DNA of 64,000 nt from an uncultured Candidatus Saccharibacteria bacterium (GTDB lineage Bacteria; Patescibacteriota; Saccharimonadia; Saccharimonadales; UBA7683): the NCBI GenBank assembly GCA_964632215.1, contig CAZWBG010000001.1, positions 174,589 to 238,588 of the forward strand, read 5' to 3'. The position numbers were made by a program, and so were the translations under genes. Of the stretch, positions 57,215-64,000 are shown piece by piece. Position 1 is the first letter of the stretch. The number at the start of each line of letters is the position of its first letter. The notes under the pieces were generated by a model, which was given only the letters and a program-made list of their open reading frames with translations, did no database searches and had not been told where the DNA came from.

Positions 57215-58480
57215 TTATTCGCCGTGTTCTTCGATCGCTCCAAGTAAACCGGCTTCGACTTCGTCTCGACGCTTTAGCTTCTTAGGCTTTGTTGATACAG
57301 GCGCTGTTTTTACAGGGACCTTTTCTTTATTCTCTTCTTTTTCTTCCTTTACTACTTCAACCACAGGAGCCTCCTCTACAATTATTTCTTCAATTACTGT
57401 CTCTGTCGGAGCTTCAACAACCTCAGGCTTAGCAGCTGCTGATGTACCAGATTCGATATCTAGCTCATAACCAGTTAGCTTACTCGCAAGACGTACATTC
57501 TGTCCACCCTTACCAATAGCGATTGAAAGCTGACTCTGGTCCACTATGACACGAGCATGCTTCTGGTCGTTATTAAGTTCTACACGAATAACCTCGGTAG
57601 GAGAAAGAGCGTTCTTAATGTAAGTCGCAAGATCTTCAGCCCATGTAATGATGTCTATCTTTTCTTGGTCGCCAATTTCATTCATGACTGCTTGCACGCG
57701 AGTACCGTGCCCACCAACAAATGTACCAACTGGGTCTACGCCAGGTACGGTTGAGGCAACTGCGATCTTTGTACGCATACCAGCTTGTCGAGCAATGCCC
57801 TTTATTTCTACAGCACCACTTTCCATTTCTGGCACTTCCTGTCTGAAGAGGTATTCAATAAACTGTTCATTAGAACGTGAAAGTATCAGCTGCGGGCCTC
57901 GATTGCTGCGTTCTACATCTTTCAAGAAGACCTTCAAGCGAGCGCCTACGCCGTAATATTCACCCGGTATCTGCTCACTAGCAGGCAAGATACCACTTGC
58001 TTTACCAAGGTCGATACGCACAAGACGGCTTTCTACACGCTGGACCGTACCAACAATGACTGTACCAATTTTATCTTCATATTCAGTTAAGATAATTTCT
58101 CTCTCAGCCTCGCGTAGACGCTGTAAGATCACCTGCTTAGCAGTTTGTGCAGCAACACGGCCAAAAGTGGTAGGATGCTCTTCAATATCTATTACATCAC
58201 CCAGCTTGGCATCTTTCTTATATTTGCTAGCCTGTGAGACGGTCATTTGCTGTGCATCATTTTCAACATCTTCTACAACATCGTAGCTCGTGATGGCTGT
58301 TAGGTCGCCTGTATTAGAGTTAAGTGAAACAGCTACATTCTGCTCGCGCTCACCAAAGTCTTTACGGTAAGCTGCCGCAAGTGCCTGCTCTACAGCTTCG
58401 TGCACTACATCTTCCGGTAGGTTCTTCTCGTCTGCAATTTGCTTAATTGCCAAAATAAGTTGTTTGATTTGTAGTTCCAT
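57215..58480 (-). CDS. nusA: Transcription termination/antitermination factor NusA (with charged C-terminal tail)
   Basis: S1 and KH domains (GGQNVRLASKLTG) and an N-terminal RNAP-binding domain. Confidence 0.95.
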   Translation of the reverse strand: MELQIKQLILAIKQIADEKNLPEDVVHEAVEQALAAAYRKDFGEREQNVAVSLNSNTGDLTAITSYDVVEDVENDAQQMTVSQASKYKKDAKLGDVIDIEEHPTTFGRVAAQTAKQVILQRLREAEREIILTEYEDKIGTVIVGTVQRVESRLVRIDLGKASGILPASEQIPGEYYGVGARLKVFLKDVERSNRGPQLILSRSNEQFIEYLFRQEVPEMESGAVEIKGIARQAGMRTKIAVASTVPGVDPVGTFVGGHGTRVQAVMNEIGDQEKIDIITWAEDLATYIKNALSPTEVIRVELNNDQKHARVIVDQSQLSIAIGKGGQNVRLASKLTGYELDIESGTSAAAKPEVVEAPTETVIEEIIVEEAPVVEVVKEEKEENKEKVPVKTAPVSTKPKKLKRRDEVEAGLLGAIEEHGE

Positions 58481-58595
58481 TTTGTTTCCTTTCAGTTATT
58501 ACTATAATCAGTTCTATCGCATGAAAATTACATGAAAAAGGCCGACCACATGGCCGGACTACTTGTAGTATATTCCATCTACCTGGCTGTGTCAA

Positions 58596-58625
58596 TTGGA
58601 TAGGAAACAGATGACTTGCTATACT
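58596..58625 (+). promoter_or_regulatory. Putative promoter TTGGAT-18 nt-TATACT ending 7 nt before the pepN ATG (leaderless candidate)
   Basis: TTGGAT (58596-58601), TATACT (58620-58625), AAACTAC, then the ATG at 58633. Confidence 0.45.
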
Positions 58626-58632
58626 AAACTAC

Positions 58633-61164
58633 ATGCTCAAAAAACTTCTAGAAATGTTTCAACCCGAACAATACAATCTTACGCTCGATATCAACCGTGA
58701 AGCAATGACTTTCAGTGGTAACGTCGAAATTACCGGCCAACTCTTACAGCCGACGAATTCGATTGATTTACATGCTAAAGATCTAACTATTGTCTCAGCC
58801 ACTATTAACGGCCTACCGGCCTCACGTATTTCTGCTGAAAAGTTTGATGTATTGAGACTAACCAGCGACAAAGAAATTATCCCTGGCACACACACGGTAT
58901 CAGTAGAATTTGAAGGAAAGATCACCGATGCCATGCAAGGCATCTACCCGAGCAACTTCGAGCACGAGGGAAAGCAGAAGAAGCTCATCTCTACTCAGTT
59001 CGAAAGTCATCATGCCCGCGAAGCGTTTCCGTGCATAGACGAACCCGCGGCCAAGGCCATTTTTGATCTCACACTTCTCACGCCCGCTGGTGAGCCAGTG
59101 CTTGCTAATACCGATATTCTGGAACAATCCACGCACGGTGATCGTCTGAAGACTACTTTTGAGACGACGCCCAAGATGAGTACCTATCTGCTAGCTTTTG
59201 TATTTGGAGAAATGCACTGTCAAGAGGCTCGAACCGCTGATGGAATTTTAGTGCGTAGCTGGGCTAGCGTTGCGCAGCCAAAAAGCTGGCTTACCTATTC
59301 TCTGCACGAAGGTGTTCGTTTACTTGAGTTCTTCTCAGAGTATTTTGATACACCTTTTCCTCTCAAAAAGTGCGACCAGATAGCCCTGCCAGACTTTGAT
59401 GCAGGCGCCATGGAAAACTGGGGACTAGTTACGTACCGCGAAACAGTACTCCTGGCCGATCCGCACAATCGCTCTATCAGCACCGAGCAATATGTTTCAC
59501 TTGTAGTAGCCCACGAACTTTCGCACCAATGGTTTGGCAACCTTGTCACCATGCAGTGGTGGGATGATCTCTGGCTCAATGAGAGTTTTGCCAGCTTAAT
59601 GGAATACCTAGCACTCGATGCACTCCACCCAGATTGGCATGAATGGGAAGAATACACCGCCAGTGATGTCATCGCTACTTCATCACGAGATTGCTTTAAA
59701 GATGTCCAACCCGTCTATACCGAGGTTCTCGACCCTGAGTTGATCGAGGCACTCTTCGACCCGGCAATTGTCTACGCTAAAGGCGGGCGGCTCCTTAAAA
59801 TGCTCCGCGAATACATTGGCGACCAAGCCTTTCGCGATGGACTTAAGTCTTACTTCAAAACATATGCTTACAAAAACACGACTCGCAACGATCTCTGGGA
59901 AGCGTTCGAAAACGCAAGCGGGCAAGACATCAAAAAACTAATGGATCCGTGGCTGAGACAATCAGGTATGCCGCTACTCTCGGTAACGCAAACTGGCAAC
60001 AAGTTGCACATAGAGCAGGAACGGTTCGTACTTGATACCAAATCAGATCGCACCATCTGGCCTATTCCACTCCTTGCCGACCACGTAGTAACACCTACTA
60101 TCCTAGAAGAAAAGACAGATGATATAGAGACTGAAAACGATGAGTTTATCATGGTCAACCAATACGGCAGTGGGCATTACGTTACGCATTACACCGAAGT
60201 CAAGCACCAAGAAGCCCTTGCTGATAAGTTACAGAAGCAAACAATTTCCGCTGAAGGTAGAATTACACTACTCAACGACATGATGCTCTTGGCGCGGCGC
60301 GGTGATAGTTCCATCGCTACTGCCCTACAGCTTGCTATAGCGTGCCAAAACGAGAAGCGCAGTGCAGTATGGGATATGATGACCAACATCTTTGCCTCGG
60401 CGCGCCTACTTGTAGAGGGTGATAGCGAGACGGAAGGTCAGCTTAAAGATCGCCTAGCTCATCTTTCTCGCCCGCTCTACAAAGAACTTGGTTGGGACGA
60501 TAATGCGAGTGACGATCCGAACCAGACTCATCTGCGCACCATTATGATAAGTAACCTCCTTGCTGCCAAAGACCAAGAAGCTATCAAATCTGCACTTGAG
60601 CTTTACGATACCCATAAAGATTCGCTACAAAAGTTACCCGGAGATCTGCGCACAGCAATCCTCATAGCTGCTGTACGGCACGGCGAAGAATCTGTTGTGA
60701 CACATCTGTTAGACGAATATCACTCTACACAAGCGGCCGACCTACAGTTTGATATCAGCGTAGCGCTCACCGCTACCGAGCGCAGCGAAGATGCTCAGCG
60801 TTACTTTAGCGAAGCACTCGGTAAAGATGATTTCGTTCGTACTCAAGACTTCCCTCGCTGGCTCATCAGACTTTTGAATAATCAATTTACCCGCGGTATC
60901 AGCTGGGCTTGGATGGAAGAAAACTGGGATGAAATATATGAGCGCCTCTCAACTATGAAGTCATTCGACTACATGCCGCTCTACATTGCCAAAAGCCTTA
61001 CCACGCAGAAACAGCTGGAACAATACAAGGCCTTTTTTGAGCCGAAGAAAGATATCGCGATTCTACAAAAGAACATCGAGATCGGTACAAATGAGATAAT
61101 CGCTCGAATTGCCTGGCGCAACCGCGACGAACCAAAGATCAAAAACTGGCACAAAGATAACTAG
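58633..61164 (+). CDS. pepN: M1-family aminopeptidase N
   Basis: GAMENWG exopeptidase motif, HELSHQWFGNLVT zinc motif, and WLNESFA. Confidence 0.95.
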   Translation: MLKKLLEMFQPEQYNLTLDINREAMTFSGNVEITGQLLQPTNSIDLHAKDLTIVSATINGLPASRISAEKFDVLRLTSDKEIIPGTHTVSVEFEGKITDAMQGIYPSNFEHEGKQKKLISTQFESHHAREAFPCIDEPAAKAIFDLTLLTPAGEPVLANTDILEQSTHGDRLKTTFETTPKMSTYLLAFVFGEMHCQEARTADGILVRSWASVAQPKSWLTYSLHEGVRLLEFFSEYFDTPFPLKKCDQIALPDFDAGAMENWGLVTYRETVLLADPHNRSISTEQYVSLVVAHELSHQWFGNLVTMQWWDDLWLNESFASLMEYLALDALHPDWHEWEEYTASDVIATSSRDCFKDVQPVYTEVLDPELIEALFDPAIVYAKGGRLLKMLREYIGDQAFRDGLKSYFKTYAYKNTTRNDLWEAFENASGQDIKKLMDPWLRQSGMPLLSVTQTGNKLHIEQERFVLDTKSDRTIWPIPLLADHVVTPTILEEKTDDIETENDEFIMVNQYGSGHYVTHYTEVKHQEALADKLQKQTISAEGRITLLNDMMLLARRGDSSIATALQLAIACQNEKRSAVWDMMTNIFASARLLVEGDSETEGQLKDRLAHLSRPLYKELGWDDNASDDPNQTHLRTIMISNLLAAKDQEAIKSALELYDTHKDSLQKLPGDLRTAILIAAVRHGEESVVTHLLDEYHSTQAADLQFDISVALTATERSEDAQRYFSEALGKDDFVRTQDFPRWLIRLLNNQFTRGISWAWMEENWDEIYERLSTMKSFDYMPLYIAKSLTTQKQLEQYKAFFEPKKDIAILQKNIEIGTNEIIARIAWRNRDEPKIKNWHKDN

Positions 61165-61328
61165 ATTATACACATACTGTCATCCCTGACTTGATCAGAG
61201 ATTCAATCACTTATATCTTGCAAAGCAAGACAAATCTACACTAATGTCATCTGTTGACATTGACAATAGCTAATATATATGCCAAAATTATAAGATAGGC
61301 GTTGAGCATAAGCTCCCCTAGTATTTTA

Positions 61329-61343
61329 AAAACTCTTTGTTAG
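61329..61343. repeat. Left arm of a 15-bp perfect inverted repeat bracketing the 61472 unit
   Basis: AAAACTCTTTGTTAG is the reverse complement of 62012-62026. Confidence 0.6.
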
Positions 61344-61359
61344 ATTCTCATTTGAGAAG

Positions 61360-61471
61360 ATGGACAGATTACTGCTCCATTTCGTAGCTAGAATAAAGCT
61401 CAGGAACCTCCTGGTTTCTACTCTAGTTACGAAATTATCTGATCGCAAGATCGCGAACTAAGGAGCAGTTT
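61360..61471 (+). promoter_or_regulatory. Structured 5' leader of CDS 61472 with a 33-codon uORF and an anti-SD:SD helix
   Basis: uORF ATG 61360 to TAA 61459-61461 (MDRLLLHFVARIKLRNLLVSTLVTKLSDRKIAN). CTGCTCC (61372-61378) is complementary to GGAGCAG (61462-61468). Inner hairpins are CGTAGCTAGA/TCTAGTTACG, CAGGA-ACC-TCCTG and GATC-GCAA-GATC. Confidence 0.5.
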
Positions 61472-61984
61472 ATGAACCCGCAAAACCTGAGTGCTTTTGA
61501 ACGCATGCTTTTTAACTTTTTTCTCGACCCAGATGTAAGCTGGGGACCGTCTACTGCTCGTGACGTTGAAACTCATTGGTATCACGATGGCTGGCAAATG
61601 AAATCTTTTGGGGAGAGGAGTGTGCCGAACCGATCACTGACTTTCTGGTGGAGTAATATTGGTACCGATTACAGAAAGTGGAGTAGTAGCAGTACTGATT
61701 ACGGAAACAATCACCAGGGACTCGTCATCCGCTTCGGTGAGATGGGTGGTGTTACCCAGATGACACTCTCAACGGTGGCACAAGATCTTGCTCGCTGCTA
61801 CACGATCCAGTTCAACCTGGCCGTAGACGGCAAGCGACGATTCTTCACTACAGACGCGACAGATGTCAATAATGTTAAGGTTATTAGCCTGTCCGGAGAG
61901 GTCAACCCATTTAATTCAGTGGTTCTGGGCTTCATTTTTTCGATGACACCTGAGTTCATTTGGCAGGCGCACCGCCACCACTAA
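61472..61984 (+). CDS. Hypothetical Trp-rich protein (170 aa)
   Basis: GGAG RBS 6 nt upstream of the ATG. No family recognised. Confidence 0.6.
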   Translation: MNPQNLSAFERMLFNFFLDPDVSWGPSTARDVETHWYHDGWQMKSFGERSVPNRSLTFWWSNIGTDYRKWSSSSTDYGNNHQGLVIRFGEMGGVTQMTLSTVAQDLARCYTIQFNLAVDGKRRFFTTDATDVNNVKVISLSGEVNPFNSVVLGFIFSMTPEFIWQAHRHH

Positions 61985-62011
61985 ACGCATTAGCCAGGGA
62001 TTCTTTATGAG

Positions 62012-62026
62012 CTAACAAAGAGTTTT
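62012..62026. repeat. Right arm of the 15-bp perfect inverted repeat
   Basis: CTAACAAAGAGTTTT. Confidence 0.6.
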
Positions 62027-62027
62027 C

Positions 62028-62114
62028 GCGGGAGCGGTGTTCTCGGGTTCAATCCGAAGAACCCGACTCCCGCTAACTCCAAAGTAGATAAAATTTTGTC
62101 TTTTTTGGAGTTAG
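62028..62114. terminator. Two consecutive hairpins between the convergent genes 61472-61984 (+) and yraN (-)
   Basis: GCGGGAG (62028-62034) pairs with CTCCCGC (62067-62073), enclosing a further imperfect stem. TAACTCCAAA (62074-62083) pairs with TTTGGAGTTA (62104-62113), preceded by a T-run. Confidence 0.5.
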
Positions 62115-62132
62115 ATCTATACAACCTAGCAT

Positions 62133-62471
62133 TTATGTTAACTGCTCTACAAAGTTGGTAACCTGAAAGTCTGCCGAAACCTCAAGTGCACTCAGCTCGT
62201 AGTCGCCGCTATACTTATGATTCTCAACCCAACACGCTGCTGCAAACTGCATCTGTTGCAGCTTTTTAGAAGTGATGTAGTCCAGCCCTTTACCCTGTTT
62301 ATCTGAACTTCGGAATTTAACTTCAACAAAATAGATTGTATTCTTATGTTTGGCTACTATGTCTATTTCACACACTGGTGTGCGCCAATTCCGCTCGACT
62401 ACCGTAAAACCCTTTGTCTCTAAATAATGCGCGGCAGAATCTTCGGCCTGATTGCCTAGCGCGGTGCTCAC
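62133..62471 (-). CDS. yraN: YraN-family (UPF0102) endonuclease-like protein
   Basis: GNQAEDSAAHYLETKGFTVVERNWRTPVCEIDIVA and YFVEVKFR. Confidence 0.88.
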   Translation of the reverse strand: MSTALGNQAEDSAAHYLETKGFTVVERNWRTPVCEIDIVAKHKNTIYFVEVKFRSSDKQGKGLDYITSKKLQQMQFAAACWVENHKYSGDYELSALEVSADFQVTNFVEQLT

Positions 62472-63025
62472 GCGTACCTTTGCACCGGCTTATACGAGCG
62501 CCTATGCGCAGATGTAACACCTTGTGTCTCAAGCGCCTCACTGTGCATTTTTGTACCGTAGCCAACGTGCTTCTCGAAACCATAGCCTGGATATTGCAGG
62601 GAGAGCTCTTGCATATACAGATCACGTTTTACTTTGGCGTAAATACTAGCAGCACTCACAATTGGATGTAAATCATCTGCCTTAATGACACATTCTACGT
62701 TGGTGTAGCATGGTTCGCAGTAATTAATAGAGCCGTCCATAATAATCTGTGTATCATATGGAACCTGTAGCGCTAAAAGCGCCCGCTCGACACCGAGCTT
62801 CATAGCAGCCGTTAAGCCCACCTGATCTATTTCAACTGGAGTCACCCAACCCTCTCCCAGTACGCAACTCTCTTTAATTGCTGGAGCAAAGGTTTCTCGT
62901 TGTTTTTTAGATAACTGCTTAGAATCTTTAAGCCCAGGAATTAACTCACTCTTTGCATAGGCAGCCACAACCAAGAGCGGCCCTGCCCAACAGCCCCTTC
63001 CCACCTCATCTATACCAATAATCAT
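62468..63025 (-). CDS. rnhB: Ribonuclease HII
   Basis: IIGIDEVGRGCWAGPL catalytic motif. Confidence 0.93.
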   Translation of the reverse strand: MIIGIDEVGRGCWAGPLLVVAAYAKSELIPGLKDSKQLSKKQRETFAPAIKESCVLGEGWVTPVEIDQVGLTAAMKLGVERALLALQVPYDTQIIMDGSINYCEPCYTNVECVIKADDLHPIVSAASIYAKVKRDLYMQELSLQYPGYGFEKHVGYGTKMHSEALETQGVTSAHRRSYKPVQRYA

Positions 63026-63051
63026 ACATCTAGTATACGTGAAGCAATGAT

Positions 63052-63096
63052 GTTGATATAAAAAAGACCGTGCAATACGGTCTTTTTTATATCAAC
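63052..63096 (-). terminator. Intrinsic (potentially bidirectional) terminator after rplS
   Basis: 20-bp perfect inverted repeat GTTGATATAAAAAAGACCGT / ACGGTCTTTTTTATATCAAC with a 5-nt loop. The core is GACCGT-N5-ACGGTC plus T6. Confidence 0.85.
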
Positions 63097-63106
63097 TGTC
63101 TAAACC

Positions 63107-63580
63107 CTACTCTTTAGGAGCTTCTTTTTCAGCTTTTTCAACAACTGGCACCTCTTCTACAGTAGCTTCAGGAGTCTCTTCGGCCTCAGGTTCTTCAACT
63201 ATATCGTTAGCGGCATTTACACCTACTTTGTCAAAGTCAACTGCAGCCAAACGAGCACCTTTACCGCTACGTTTACGCATATAACTTAGGTAATTACGGC
63301 GAACTTTACTTCGTTTGATTACTTCAACTTTTTCAACCAAAGGACTGTTGAGAAGGAAGCTTTTTTCTACACCAGTACCACTGGCAATACGTCGTACAGT
63401 AATGCTGCTTGTGAGACTTTGTTTCCGATCTGTTCGGATCACTAAACCTTCAAACATTTGAATACGCTCTTTGTTGCCTTCTTTAATTTTCTGGTAAACA
63501 CGCACGGTGTCACCACTACGAACATCAACAACGTTCTTTTTTCGGAATTTTGCTTCAACTTGTTGGATTAATGTGTGCAT
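63107..63580 (-). CDS. rplS: 50S ribosomal protein L19 (with acidic C-terminal extension)
   Basis: VRSGDTVRVYQKIKEGNKERIQMFEGLVI. A TTGTAA-17-TAGAAT promoter ends 9 nt before the ATG. Confidence 0.96.
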   Translation of the reverse strand: MHTLIQQVEAKFRKKNVVDVRSGDTVRVYQKIKEGNKERIQMFEGLVIRTDRKQSLTSSITVRRIASGTGVEKSFLLNSPLVEKVEVIKRSKVRRNYLSYMRKRSGKGARLAAVDFDKVGVNAANDIVEEPEAEETPEATVEEVPVVEKAEKEAPKE

Positions 63581-63666
63581 AACTGGCCTATTCTACCTTA
63601 CTCTTACGTATTTTACAATTACTAACAGTTTAACACATCTGTTACATTATGCCAAGTAGTCGAGAT

Positions 63667-63891
63667 CTATGTTTCTTCGCCAGTCGGAGAGTCAACTTCG
63701 TCGACATCAGGCTGGACCAATTTGCCAGTTGTAATGTCATAGACCCCTTCTTGCGAAGCTGGTTTCTTGGGAATTTTATGCGTAGACTGCTCTTGAGAGT
63801 GAGACGCTGGATGGCGCTCAACGGACTCTGTTAATTCTTTACCTTCTGGGAAGAGATCGCTTGTGTCATTACCATTTTTTACTTCATCCAT
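63667..63891 (-). CDS. Hypothetical small acidic protein (74 aa)
   Basis: ORF only. Low-complexity sequence with no recognised family. Confidence 0.35.
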   Translation of the reverse strand: MDEVKNGNDTSDLFPEGKELTESVERHPASHSQEQSTHKIPKKPASQEGVYDITTGKLVQPDVDEVDSPTGEET

Positions 63892-63939
63892 AAACCACCC
63901 TTGTTTACATATTTAGTATACACCCTTAGTATAGGGTGT

Positions 63940-64000
63940 ATGGACGAAGTAAAAAAACAAGCTCTTGAAATACATAAAAAACTACGCGGGAAAATAGAGG
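63940..64000 (+). CDS. 5' end of a CDS, possibly a malic enzyme (truncated by the window edge)
   Basis: MDEVKKQALEIHKKLRGKIE resembles the ALxxH....GKI N-terminus of NAD(P)-malic enzymes. Only 20 codons are visible. Confidence 0.35.
   Translation, partial: MDEVKKQALEIHKKLRGKIE

Noticed and set aside
62028-62073. A tRNA-like minihelix that could be a tRNA fragment or att site. GCGGGAG/CTCCCGC forms a 7-bp stem enclosing a GGGTTCAATCC T-loop-like sequence.
   Set aside because: There is no D arm or anticodon arm. The T-stem register is wrong, with extra nucleotides before the 3' acceptor strand. There is no discriminator-CCA context. It is more simply an extended GC-rich hairpin between convergent genes.

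Overview
Gene-dense, mostly minus-strand core-genome segment of a small bacterial genome. No rRNA genes, CRISPR arrays, transposases or integrases were recognised.

Gene content, read along the minus strand from high to low coordinates:
- rplS-rnhB-yraN, nusA, and clpC-radA-PIN/TRAM
- recG, a type IV pilin, rsmD, and tRNA-Leu(TAG)
- an accessory block (MazG-like, sulfotransferase, LOG/TIGR00725-like)
- hisS, tig-clpP, rpoB-rpoC, and the str operon (rpsL-rpsG-fusA-tuf)
- rpsJ, then the S10/spc/alpha ribosomal-protein operons (rplC through rplQ)
- rplM-rpsI, trpS, rluD-like, holB, a TPR protein, and a truncated tRNA-Thr(TGT)

Plus-strand genes are a class A PBP, an M1 aminopeptidase, a three-gene unit at 45.1-46.8 kb, and a 170-aa W-rich ORF.

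Lineage (inference only): rpmD (L30) is absent between rpsE and rplO, and adk/map are absent between secY and infA. Several operons are also streamlined or broken. Together these fit a CPR/Patescibacteria (Saccharibacteria-like) origin.

Most interesting non-canonical signals:
1. Two copies of an unclassified ~140-nt structured RNA with helix-preserving variation and GNRA loops punctuate the 45-46.8 kb operon.
2. Two paralogous 4-Cys small proteins plus a 152-aa ORF are inserted inside the str operon around fusA. One of the paralogs is translationally coupled to both rpsG and fusA.
3. Consensus or near-consensus CIRCE (HrcA) operators are built into the clpC and clpP promoters.
4. A recurrent -10 box sits 6-9 nt upstream of the ATG, implying leaderless mRNAs.
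5. rpsJ is cut off from rplC by a terminator and two membrane-protein genes.
6. A long leader with a 33-codon uORF and an anti-SD:SD helix precedes ORF 61472, and the whole unit is bracketed by a 15-bp perfect inverted repeat.
7. A tRNA-Leu-adjacent MazG-sulfotransferase-LOG-like accessory block.
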